From IMG/VR virus record IMGVR_UViG_3300021135_000003: a stretch of 64,000 bases of DNA. One strand, 5' to 3'. The stretch is from a virus. The notes below the pieces were generated by a model, which saw only the letters and a list, made by a program, of their open reading frames with translations, had not been told where the DNA came from and did no database searches. Shown here one piece after another: positions 38,488 through 47,515 of the stretch. Positions within the stretch are counted from its first letter, which is position 1. Every line of letters starts with the position of its first letter. The position numbers were made by a program, and so were the translations under genes.

Positions 38488-39847
38488 TCTTGTATATGAT
38501 GAGCAGTATTGTCGTAAGGTAATCCCATTCATTAGAACAGATTACTTTTCAGAAAGAAAAGAAGCGATCCTTGCCAAAGTTATTTTGGATTTCTTTACGA
38601 AGTATAATAAACCACTGACTAAAGAAATTCTATCAATTGAGGTAGGAAACCGAACTGACATTAATGACAAAGAACTTTCTGAGATTAATAGTTATGTAGA
38701 TACTATGACTCATGAGGATGTTAATGAATCATGGATGTTGGAACAAACTGAGAAGTTCTGTAAAGATAAGGCTGTCTATAATGCAATTCTACACTCGATC
38801 CGAATCATTGATGGCGGAGATAAAGTTAACACCAAAGATTCCATACCTTCTATCCTTTCTGATGCTCTTGCCATCTCTTTCGATAATCACGTTGGTCATG
38901 ATTACATCGAAGATAGTGATGCACGTTATGACTTCTATCACCGAATTGAAGAAAAGATTCCTTTCGATTTAGATATGTTTAATAAGATTACCAAAGGTGG
39001 TTTATCCAAGAAAACTTTAAACATTGTTTTGGCTGGTACTGGTGTTGGTAAATCTTTGTTTATGTGTCACGTTGCTGCTGGAGTATTAACTGCTAGTAAG
39101 AATGTTCTTTACATTACTATGGAAATGGCTGAGGAAAGAATCGCTGAGCGTATTGATGCGAACTTGTTGAATCTTACTATGGATGAGTTGAAAGTTATTG
39201 ATAAAGATATCTTTGATAATCGTATCAATAAGATCTCTGGTAAAACACAGGGTAAATTAATCGTTAAAGAATATCCAACTGCAGGTGCTCATGCTGGTCA
39301 CTTTAGAGCATTGCTTGAAGAGTTGAAGTTGAAGCGTGAGTTTCTTCCTGACATTATCTTCATTGACTATCTAAACATTTGCGCAAGTCAGCGTATGAAG
39401 CAAGGTGGAAGTATTAATTCTTATACATATATTAAGAGTATCGCTGAAGAGTTACGTGGTTTGGCAGTAGAATATAATGTTCCAATTGTTTCTGCCACGC
39501 AAACTACTCGAAGCGGATTCACAAATAGCGATCCAGGTTTGGAAGATACTTCTGAATCGTTTGGATTACCAGCCACTGCTGACCTTATGTTTGCGCTAGT
39601 ATCTAATGAAGAACTTGAACAGTTGAATCAGATTGTTGTTAAGCAGTTAAAGAATCGTTATAACGATCCAAGTTTTTACAAGAGATTCGTCATTGGTGTT
39701 GATAGAGCCAAGATGAAGTTATATGATGTTGAGGCATCTGCTCAAGTAGGTTTATCTGACTCAGGTCAAGATGATGTTCCTATGTTTGACAAAAGTGAAT
39801 TTGGAAAGCGTCAGAAAGCAGAAGGTTTCAGTGGGTTTAAGTTTTAG
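38459..39847 (+). CDS. gp41: replicative helicase
   Basis: AGTGVGKS, KEYPT, DYLNIC, SATQTTR and KQLKNRY motifs. Confidence 0.97.
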   Translation: MRIETKILSNLVYDEQYCRKVIPFIRTDYFSERKEAILAKVILDFFTKYNKPLTKEILSIEVGNRTDINDKELSEINSYVDTMTHEDVNESWMLEQTEKFCKDKAVYNAILHSIRIIDGGDKVNTKDSIPSILSDALAISFDNHVGHDYIEDSDARYDFYHRIEEKIPFDLDMFNKITKGGLSKKTLNIVLAGTGVGKSLFMCHVAAGVLTASKNVLYITMEMAEERIAERIDANLLNLTMDELKVIDKDIFDNRINKISGKTQGKLIVKEYPTAGAHAGHFRALLEELKLKREFLPDIIFIDYLNICASQRMKQGGSINSYTYIKSIAEELRGLAVEYNVPIVSATQTTRSGFTNSDPGLEDTSESFGLPATADLMFALVSNEELEQLNQIVVKQLKNRYNDPSFYKRFVIGVDRAKMKLYDVEASAQVGLSDSGQDDVPMFDKSEFGKRQKAEGFSGFKF

Positions 39848-39856
39848 GAGAATAAT

Positions 39857-41173
39857 ATGGTAAAAGTAATTGTAGCTGAACAGAAACACAATTGTGAAGA
39901 TCTTCTTGGTAAGTTTGTTGACGAATCACATTATGATCATCTTATCGAAGAAGATACTGATGTTTATATGCCACCACAATTTGGTGAAGATCCAATCTCA
40001 GAGAAACGAATTGTATTAAAGTTTAGGAAAAACTATTTTAGTAAAGAACAACAAGATGCCGCATATGTCGGACTTAGAGAAGCAGCGATTCGCACAGAGA
40101 ATCGTGGACTTGCTTCTGGTATCAAAGATGGCATTCTTGCCACAACTGAAGGTCGCGAGTGGGTCACAAACTACCAACAGGAAATGATGGATGCGTTGCT
40201 AAAGAATCGAAACTCTGCTCTTGATGAAGAAGATGTTATTGATGTTATTCGTGCCAAGTATCCTACTGAAACTGATAAGCGTATGGCAGGTGGTAGTGGT
40301 AAAAACAACGTATGGGTTATCTCACGTTTCCGTGGAACTAAGTTTGATTTTGAAGCATGGCTAGATACTATCAAACCACTTGGTCGTCAGAATCGTGCTG
40401 AGGCATGTGAAGATGTTATGGAAATGATTAGTACCACTACCTATGGTACTGCAGTTAATTCTGGTATCGCTGGTTGGTTCGATCGTTATCCTCGCATTCC
40501 TTATGGTCGTGCCACTTCCTATACTCGTGACAACTTTGATAAGTTTGTAATGTCATATCCATTCCTGCAGAATCTTGCTGAAGGATTTAAAAATCTTTTA
40601 CCTCAACGCTATGCTGCACAAATGAAAGCAGCAAACAAACTAGATCCAAGGTTCTTAGTTCCAGGAACACCATTCACAACAGTAACTGTTAATAAAACAT
40701 TTAGAACTGCGGCACATAGAGATGCTGGTGATTTGAATGAGGGTTTATCTAATCTGTTAACATTATCCAATGATGGTAATTACACTGGTGGATATTTGAT
40801 TGCTCCTGAGTATCGAATTGCAGTTAATCCACGTCCAGGAGATTTGCTTCTAATCAATAATCACGAAGTTATGCATGGCAATACACCTATTGTTTGCGCA
40901 GAAGGTTCTGAGCGTATATCATTGGTTGTGTATTTCCGTGAGAAAATGTTAGAACTTGGTTCTTTTGAATATGAAGACTGTCGTTATAATTTTGTTGAAC
41001 ATCGTAGACGTAATCACGAGCATCCAATGTGGCAAAAACTTTGGAATGGTGTATCAGAATCTATGTGGACTAGTCAAGAATGGTATGATTACTGCGAAGA
41101 AAAACTTGGTCGTGAGGAATTAATGAAATATCATCCAGAAGCAAATTCTTCTTCACTTGAGGATTTCTTTTAA
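39857..41173 (+). CDS. TET/JBP-family 2OG-Fe(II) DNA base dioxygenase
   Basis: PFTTVTVN..FRTAAHRDAGD (HxD), DLLL...HGNTPI and RISLVVYFRE motifs; located in the modification cluster. Confidence 0.8.
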   Translation: MVKVIVAEQKHNCEDLLGKFVDESHYDHLIEEDTDVYMPPQFGEDPISEKRIVLKFRKNYFSKEQQDAAYVGLREAAIRTENRGLASGIKDGILATTEGREWVTNYQQEMMDALLKNRNSALDEEDVIDVIRAKYPTETDKRMAGGSGKNNVWVISRFRGTKFDFEAWLDTIKPLGRQNRAEACEDVMEMISTTTYGTAVNSGIAGWFDRYPRIPYGRATSYTRDNFDKFVMSYPFLQNLAEGFKNLLPQRYAAQMKAANKLDPRFLVPGTPFTTVTVNKTFRTAAHRDAGDLNEGLSNLLTLSNDGNYTGGYLIAPEYRIAVNPRPGDLLLINNHEVMHGNTPIVCAEGSERISLVVYFREKMLELGSFEYEDCRYNFVEHRRRNHEHPMWQKLWNGVSESMWTSQEWYDYCEEKLGREELMKYHPEANSSSLEDFF

Positions 41174-41877
41174 TGTGTAGCGTTATTGGTGCTTTGATTC
41201 AGAATCCTACTGAAAAGGATTTTGAATCTATCCGTAAAGTATTTCTTGAGTCAAAGATTCGAGGAATGCACGCAACTGGTTTATCTTATATTAAAGATAA
41301 TAAGATTATTACATTTAAAGAAGCAGTTCCTGCAGATAAATTTATTCATTTAGATAATTTAGAGGAGATGGTCAATGACGATGGTAATCTTTACCTTATT
41401 GGTCACTGTAGATATTCTACTAGCGATTTATTGTATAATCAGCCGATAGCAAGCGAAACCCATTCTATTGTTCATAATGGAGTTATCACTCAAGAACTTC
41501 CAGAGAACTGGAGTAAGATATTTCATTATCCTTGTGAAACAAAGAATGATTCTGAATTAGTTTTACATTCTGATAATGCTCTTGGTGAATATCCAGATGC
41601 ATCTATGGCAGTTTGTGAGTTGTCACTAAAAAAAGAACTTACTGTTTTTAGAAATGGTAAACGTCCATTATATTTGACTTCTTTAGTAAATGGAGTTATA
41701 ATTACTTCTACTGCAGATATTCCTAAACGTGCAGGTATTAGAATGCCAGCAGTAGAAGTGCCAATGAATACTTACCTCACGTTTGATTCAAATATGACAA
41801 TGAATGTTAATCTTGTTAAGACTAACAAACCAGATTTACAAAAGGTAAACTATGAGACTGAAGAAATATCCAACTGA
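41173..41877 (+). CDS. class II (Ntn) glutamine amidotransferase
   Basis: N-terminal Cys2, RG.HATG, GHCRYST, NQP, HNGVI and DSE motifs. Confidence 0.88.
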   Translation: MCSVIGALIQNPTEKDFESIRKVFLESKIRGMHATGLSYIKDNKIITFKEAVPADKFIHLDNLEEMVNDDGNLYLIGHCRYSTSDLLYNQPIASETHSIVHNGVITQELPENWSKIFHYPCETKNDSELVLHSDNALGEYPDASMAVCELSLKKELTVFRNGKRPLYLTSLVNGVIITSTADIPKRAGIRMPAVEVPMNTYLTFDSNMTMNVNLVKTNKPDLQKVNYETEEISN

Positions 41878-42733
41878 TAAATTTACTTACGGAATGGAGA
41901 TAGAGTGGGGTGATGTGCCTCGCTCTTTTTCAATTCCAGAACATCTCGGAACTTGGGAACACTCAGAACGAGATATTATTAACTTAAGAGAGCCATATCA
42001 ATATGTCTGCGCTGACCCACTTGGTGAATCTCCTCCAGTCGGTGGGGAAATTAATACTAAACCGACTAAGACTTGGGAAGAGCAGGTTGATCGCTACTTT
42101 GAACTCAAACAGTTATTTGAGAAGGAAGGACACCCACCTACTGTTGGTGCTACTGCTCATACTCATATTCATTGCCGTGTACCGAATCTCCGAAATGATA
42201 TCAATGCTCTGAAGCGTTTGACAAAGTATATTAAAGAAAACCAACACCAAGCAGTTGAACACGTCTATGGTTACTTTGAACATAATCAAATGAAAGGTGC
42301 CAAAGGCGCAAAAATGTATTTGAAGTTTGATGGTGGTCGAACTCTGCCTGACTATATGGCTGATAACATTATTAATCTAGCGACTGACTTTGATTCATTC
42401 ATTAAGATGCACGCTGCAGGTAAAGATGGAGTATCAATGGGTCGCCCATTCCGCTACGCTATTAATATGTACGCACTGAAGCATATCGATACGGTAGAGT
42501 TTAGATTGTTCCGTGGTACAATGGATCGTACGGAACTTGAATCGTGTTTCCGATTTGTTCAAGACTTTCTTGATGCTGCGTTGAATACTGGTGAATCAGT
42601 AGTACAATTAATTTCAAATAATAATTATAAATTCCCTCCAATGATTTGGGATCTTCATCAGTTTATTGGTTGGGAGAAAACAAAACATCCAGAAGATCGT
42701 GGAGAAAAAGTAAGAACATATGTTGAAGTATAA
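41852..42733 (+). CDS. amidoligase (COOH-NH2 ligase, Amidoligase_2-like)
   Basis: TYGMEIE, GGEIN, HTHIH and RYAIN...TVEFR.F.GT motifs. Confidence 0.82.
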   Translation: MRLKKYPTDKFTYGMEIEWGDVPRSFSIPEHLGTWEHSERDIINLREPYQYVCADPLGESPPVGGEINTKPTKTWEEQVDRYFELKQLFEKEGHPPTVGATAHTHIHCRVPNLRNDINALKRLTKYIKENQHQAVEHVYGYFEHNQMKGAKGAKMYLKFDGGRTLPDYMADNIINLATDFDSFIKMHAAGKDGVSMGRPFRYAINMYALKHIDTVEFRLFRGTMDRTELESCFRFVQDFLDAALNTGESVVQLISNNNYKFPPMIWDLHQFIGWEKTKHPEDRGEKVRTYVEV

Positions 42734-43226
42734 AGTAATAGAAGATTGTGTATCAAGAGATTTGCAAAACAAATATTTGGAGATCTCAGAAGGTATACAT
42801 TGGACCTATAATAAAACTTGTATACATCCTTTAGATATTCCAATTCAGAATGAAACTACATTTGATGTTGGACAACTAACATGTAGAGTTCCAGAACACG
42901 ATTATAATTTGTTCCTCCCTCTTCTAGATCATTTTGAACAATACTCTAAAATTAATCGCATAAAATATAATTTGTTATGGAGATGTTCTGAAACAAATAA
43001 TAGACATACAAGTTTACATAAAGATGGTGATGACCAATGTATGAGTGCAGTATATTATGTTAATGATTCTGATGGAGATACCATCATAATTGATGGTGAT
43101 GATGAATATAGAATTAAACCAAAGAAGGGATCTATTCTAATATTTCCTGCGCATCTAATTCATGCCTCATCTAACCCATCAAATGCGTTTGAGAGAATTT
43201 GTATAAATTTGGTAGTAACAAAATGA
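42720..43226 (+). CDS. 2OG-Fe(II) oxygenase
   Basis: HKD, YYVNDSDGDT, HASSNP and RICIN motifs. Confidence 0.85.
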   Translation: MLKYKVIEDCVSRDLQNKYLEISEGIHWTYNKTCIHPLDIPIQNETTFDVGQLTCRVPEHDYNLFLPLLDHFEQYSKINRIKYNLLWRCSETNNRHTSLHKDGDDQCMSAVYYVNDSDGDTIIIDGDDEYRIKPKKGSILIFPAHLIHASSNPSNAFERICINLVVTK

Positions 43227-43774
43227 AATTACTAAATTGCCCACGTGCGGATTTTATCGCAGCAATAACTACAGACAAAGAAGATAACTTTGCTAAGACG
43301 TTTGTTGCCAAAGCAGATATGCAAGACCAATGGGATTATTGTATTGGCGCATTCGATGGTAATGAATTAACTGCTGCAATTATCACCACAATATCAAAGA
43401 CCAAACCTCATGTTGCAAACCTTCAACTGTTACATACATTTGCAAAACATAGAGGTAAAGGTTCAGCTCGATTACTTTGTGAAGATTCATTGAAGCGAGC
43501 AAGAGCCACTGGTGCTACATACTTCAGAGTATCTTCCGAGAAGACGGCAGTTGGTTTCTATGAACGATTGGGTTTTAAGTTTTGGGGTACTCAAAAGAGT
43601 GGTTGCCAATTATCCATATTCAGGATAAATGGAGATAATTATTCAGAAGCTGATTACGACTACTCCGATACAATTATCAACAAGGCTGTTAATCGCAAAG
43701 GTAAAGGTGGCTGTGTAACTCTGTTTAGTCTTGCAGAGGATCAGAAACAACTTGACTTTCATTCATTTTTGTAG
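43223..43774 (+). CDS. GNAT acetyltransferase
   Basis: HRGKGSAR acetyl-CoA loop and AVGFYERLGF motif. Confidence 0.88.
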   Translation: MKLLNCPRADFIAAITTDKEDNFAKTFVAKADMQDQWDYCIGAFDGNELTAAIITTISKTKPHVANLQLLHTFAKHRGKGSARLLCEDSLKRARATGATYFRVSSEKTAVGFYERLGFKFWGTQKSGCQLSIFRINGDNYSEADYDYSDTIINKAVNRKGKGGCVTLFSLAEDQKQLDFHSFL

Positions 43775-43780
43775 TATAAT
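43752..43780 (+). promoter_or_regulatory. sigma70-type promoter
   Basis: TTGACT-17 bp-TATAAT. Confidence 0.8.
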
Positions 43781-43799
43781 ATAATTTTGGGAACACACT

Positions 43800-44120
43800 A
43801 TGACACACTTGAGAGAAGAAAATTTGGCAGTTGTTACAAGAAGAATTGCTGAGGATGCATGGGTAACTAATCTTGATGGAACAAAATCAAGAGCAGTATC
43901 TTGGTGCAAATGCTGTAGGGTTCATAAACCTTTAAGTGCATTTTACTTAAAATCAAAGAGTACTAGAAAACATAAAAATGATGTTCGAGGATATTGTTGC
44001 ATTTGTTTTGATGAACAAAACAAAAAAGCAAAAGAAATTCGTGAAGAACGAAATGCAGTCAAACAATTGAATATTCTGATCAATGAATTAAAGATAGAAT
44101 TTGAGACTGCGAATCAGTAA
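43800..44120 (+). CDS. zinc-finger hypothetical protein
   Basis: CKCC..KPLSAFY...CCIC pattern. Confidence 0.7.
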   Translation: MTHLREENLAVVTRRIAEDAWVTNLDGTKSRAVSWCKCCRVHKPLSAFYLKSKSTRKHKNDVRGYCCICFDEQNKKAKEIREERNAVKQLNILINELKIEFETANQ

Positions 44121-44683
44121 TGAATTTCGAACATATTTTTCCATCAGTTATAGGTTATGAGATTAATAAAGATTTAACAGATAACATTTTGCTTATTGCA
44201 AAAGAATATCTTTCTGATGATTCTAAGATAACCTATGAATGGAATTATAAAAACACATATGGTAATATCTTAATAGATGATAAATTAAATTTTGTATATG
44301 AGAAGATAGCTGAACTATCAAATACATATTTGATAACCTCTAATATTAAACCACCAGAAAAATTAGAAATACAACTTTTCTTTAGTGAAATATACGGAAA
44401 CGACACTCATGTTAAACACTCTCATCCAGGAGCATTACTTTCTGGATTATTTTATTTGACTGTTCCAGATGATGCTGCTCCAATTATTTTTTATGATACG
44501 AGCCCACATTATGATTATATTCCGTATAATGCATTAAATCCATCTGATGACCGTAGGCAATATATTATAAATCCAAAAGAAGGTATGGTTCTAATATGGA
44601 ATTCTTGGTACCAGCATGAAGTTCCAAAATCAAATAGTATTAAACCAAGAATTACAGCAGTGTTTAATGTTGCTAGAAAATAA
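44120..44683 (+). CDS. putative 2OG-Fe(II) oxygenase (TIGR02466-like)
   Basis: HSHPGALLSGLFY, P.EG....W.S...HEV and RITAVFN motifs. Confidence 0.82.
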   Translation: MNFEHIFPSVIGYEINKDLTDNILLIAKEYLSDDSKITYEWNYKNTYGNILIDDKLNFVYEKIAELSNTYLITSNIKPPEKLEIQLFFSEIYGNDTHVKHSHPGALLSGLFYLTVPDDAAPIIFYDTSPHYDYIPYNALNPSDDRRQYIINPKEGMVLIWNSWYQHEVPKSNSIKPRITAVFNVARK

Positions 44684-45699
44684 TGGATTACAGACAACCT
44701 CAAAATAATAGAGAAGCGTTCATTCGCTGGTACGCATGGTCATTGAAGTATGATGACTGTGATCCAGCTGTTTGGTGCACGAACTATCTCAATAAGCGTT
44801 ACGAGCATAATGATGAACAACGTCTTTGGCTCGCTTGGCTTTACGGTAACACTTATCAACTACCAACTGCGTGGGTATTGATGAATGAATTTCCTGATTA
44901 TGAATTAGCAACAGTTGATAGAATTACGCAGTGGAACTCAACAAATTATAAACGATTACGTTACCAAACTGATACCAAGTGGAACAAGGGGCATCTCCCT
45001 GCCATGTTTGCTTCATATCAGCAATTTATTGGTAACAAAACTCAACGAGAAAGAATGGAAGGGTTTTATGGAGACAATGAAGAGACAAACTTTGATAACC
45101 TGTGGGAAAGCGTTAAGTCTGGGCTGCATAAGTTTGGTCGCTATTCCACTTGGTTTTATCTTCAGCATCTTAAGCATACCGCTGGTATTCTTATCAGCCC
45201 TACTAGTCTCATGCTGGATGATTATGATGGCTCTCGGTCTCATCGTAATGGATTATTATGCGCCCTCGGCAGACATTACGATATGGATAGAAAACTCACT
45301 GAACAAGAGTATGCAACTCTTGAGTCAGAAGCCAGATCTATTCTCATCGAAACCAAAGATAGATTCCCAGATTTGGAAACGCAAATAGATTTTTTTACAA
45401 TGGAAACCTGTCTGTGTTCGTTTAAGAAAATCTTTAGAGCACATCATGGACGTTACCTTGGTTACTACTTAGATCGTCAGGCTGAAGAGATTATTAAAGC
45501 AGAGGGTGATGGTTGGTATGGTATTGATTGGGATGTTCTGTGGCAAGCACGTGAAGAAACTATTGACTTACGTCTAGATCACAAAAGAGGAATCGATAAA
45601 GAAAAGTTTCCTGCATTTATAAATTCAGGTAAAATAGAAAACTTGGATTGGATGTTTGATGATGAAGAACCTATGTTAATTGGATTGGAGAATTTTTAA
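44683..45699 (+). CDS. amino acid:DNA transferase-like protein (aGPT-PPlase clade 2, HhH glycosylase-like fold)
   Basis: DCDP, EQRLWLAWLY, KFGRYSTWFYL (HhH-like) and METCLCSFKK motifs; near the P-loop kinase. Confidence 0.75.
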   Translation: MDYRQPQNNREAFIRWYAWSLKYDDCDPAVWCTNYLNKRYEHNDEQRLWLAWLYGNTYQLPTAWVLMNEFPDYELATVDRITQWNSTNYKRLRYQTDTKWNKGHLPAMFASYQQFIGNKTQRERMEGFYGDNEETNFDNLWESVKSGLHKFGRYSTWFYLQHLKHTAGILISPTSLMLDDYDGSRSHRNGLLCALGRHYDMDRKLTEQEYATLESEARSILIETKDRFPDLETQIDFFTMETCLCSFKKIFRAHHGRYLGYYLDRQAEEIIKAEGDGWYGIDWDVLWQAREETIDLRLDHKRGIDKEKFPAFINSGKIENLDWMFDDEEPMLIGLENF

Positions 45700-46151
45700 T
45701 GGCTATTACTAAAGGTCAAATGACTGGACTTACTGGTGCTATGTATGAAGATATGAATCCTGCTAGTGTTTCAATTTCAAATACTGGTGCTATTACTGGA
45801 ACTATTATTGGAGCAGCAGGTAGTACGATTACTACTGGAACAGGAATAAGTTCTATCTCAATTCGAACAAGTGCTGATGAAATCTTTGATAGATATTCTT
45901 TAAATGAGTTTCTTGTTGAGCATCGTGTTCAAGAATTTGAACTTATGAAACTCCGTGAAACCACTGTTGACTATGCTGATGTTATTAAAAATAATCTAGC
46001 AAAGACTGCTTCTAAAGAAATTATCAAGAAAATGACCTTCACAAAGAAACATGAGATTGATAGTGATACTCATTCATTCCGTGGACGTGTTTGGGTATTT
46101 ACGAAAGATGAACTAAACAAAATGATTGAGGAGATCAGAAATGGCATTTGA
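45699..46151 (+). CDS. hypothetical protein with Thr/Gly/Ser-rich N-terminus
   Basis: Coupled ORF with GGAG RBS. Confidence 0.7.
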   Translation: MAITKGQMTGLTGAMYEDMNPASVSISNTGAITGTIIGAAGSTITTGTGISSISIRTSADEIFDRYSLNEFLVEHRVQEFELMKLRETTVDYADVIKNNLAKTASKEIIKKMTFTKKHEIDSDTHSFRGRVWVFTKDELNKMIEEIRNGI

Positions 46152-46749
46152 AGAACGTATCGGCGCAACTGATATTATTACATTCGAAAGAACTACCATG
46201 GAAACAAAAGAACGAAAGATAGTTGCTGTCGGTGGATCTCCTGGAACTGGAAAGACTACGTTATTCCGTAAATATATGGAAGATAAACAGTGGATCGGAG
46301 TTGAGCCAGCAAAATTAGTATCAACAATGTATAATACCGAACGAGATCTTTATATCCTTGGTAAATACGAAGAGGGTGAAACCTTTGCTGGAACCGATCG
46401 CCTTTCTATGGCTGTTCAACCACCTCTTCAAGAATGGGTCGCTTCCCATAACTGCAATATCCTTTTCGAGGGAGATCGGGTTTTCAACCAATCATTCCTA
46501 GAGTTCTGCATGGGTCTCCCAAATACCAAGCTAGAAGTGGTATTTCTAAAGGCTCCCAAAGATATTTTAGAACAACGCTATAAAGATCGTGGATCTGACC
46601 AGTCAGAACAATTCCTAAGAGGAAGAGAAACTAAATATAGTAACTTGATGTCTAATTTTGAACTTATGCCATATATTACTGAGTTTGTAAACACTAACTT
46701 AGAGGAGCAGGGGAAGGTTCTTGCATTTTTGGAGAAGCAGTTTAGTTAA
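46141..46749 (+). CDS. P-loop nucleotide/DNA kinase (5-hmU DNA kinase-like role predicted)
   Basis: GGSPGTGKT, LGKY....FAGTDRLSMAVQP, FEGDR and R..RGS.Q motifs. Confidence 0.78.
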   Translation: MAFEERIGATDIITFERTTMETKERKIVAVGGSPGTGKTTLFRKYMEDKQWIGVEPAKLVSTMYNTERDLYILGKYEEGETFAGTDRLSMAVQPPLQEWVASHNCNILFEGDRVFNQSFLEFCMGLPNTKLEVVFLKAPKDILEQRYKDRGSDQSEQFLRGRETKYSNLMSNFELMPYITEFVNTNLEEQGKVLAFLEKQFS

Positions 46750-46769
46750 GCAAGCATCTTCTGGGGATT

Positions 46770-47465
46770 ATGTATCACCTAGAAAACGCCAATTATGACT
46801 TTATGGAATTACTGAATTTCTATTCAGTACCTTTCCGAGCGAAATTCATACCCTCAAAAATATGGAAAGATTTAGATAACTACCGAAACGACTCAGTTGG
46901 ACTAGGTAATTATGTTAAGAAGTGGCGCACTAAAATAGAATGGAGAAAAGAGCCATCTAAAGCCACAAGATTTAAAAGAGGGGTTAGTATTGCAGGCGAA
47001 TACGATATCGAGAAACGCCAGTGCTGTCTTATAATCTATACAGATTATTTTAATACATTCCCCTTTACTGAAAATGGTTGGAGAAATTTTAAGTTCCGAT
47101 TAATAACATGCCTTCAGCATGAGATTATCCACTACATGCAATATGATAGACGTGACGATCAATGGAGCCACTACGTAGTTCCATATAAAAAAGCCCATAA
47201 CAAAAGAAAGAATGACGAGAGACAATATCTCTCTGAGTTCGATGAGATCCAAGCATATGCTCATTGTATATTAATGGATTTTAAATCTAGACGTCCAAAT
47301 ATGGATATTGAAACCCTCCTCAATAGATGTAAAACCCATCGTGATTCTAGAACTTTAACATACTTCTTAAAGACATTTGATTATGATTTTAAGAATAACG
47401 CAGCAATACCTAAATTAATGCAGCAAATAGTTAAATGGGAACGTAAATATAATCGAATTACTTAA
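46770..47465 (+). CDS. putative zincin-like metallopeptidase
   Basis: QHEIIHYMQ plus a downstream EIQAYA. Confidence 0.6.
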   Translation: MYHLENANYDFMELLNFYSVPFRAKFIPSKIWKDLDNYRNDSVGLGNYVKKWRTKIEWRKEPSKATRFKRGVSIAGEYDIEKRQCCLIIYTDYFNTFPFTENGWRNFKFRLITCLQHEIIHYMQYDRRDDQWSHYVVPYKKAHNKRKNDERQYLSEFDEIQAYAHCILMDFKSRRPNMDIETLLNRCKTHRDSRTLTYFLKTFDYDFKNNAAIPKLMQQIVKWERKYNRIT

Positions 47466-47476
47466 ATCCATCTCGT

Positions 47477-47484
47477 TATAAATA
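47477..47484 (+). promoter_or_regulatory. T4-type late promoter
   Basis: Exact TATAAATA at the head of the internal-protein cluster. Confidence 0.75.
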
Positions 47485-47515
47485 AAGATATAACACTACT
47501 TAATTGATGGATTAA

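Noticed and set aside
39857-41173. 5mC-oxidation and glycosylation pathway as the role of the TET enzyme
   Set aside because: No cytosine methyltransferase or glycosyltransferase is nearby, and the kinase plus transferase neighbours favour thymine. Genes outside the window could change this.
43800-44120. HNH or endonuclease VII call for the zinc-finger ORF
   Set aside because: Cys pairs are present but there is no DH…N nuclease motif
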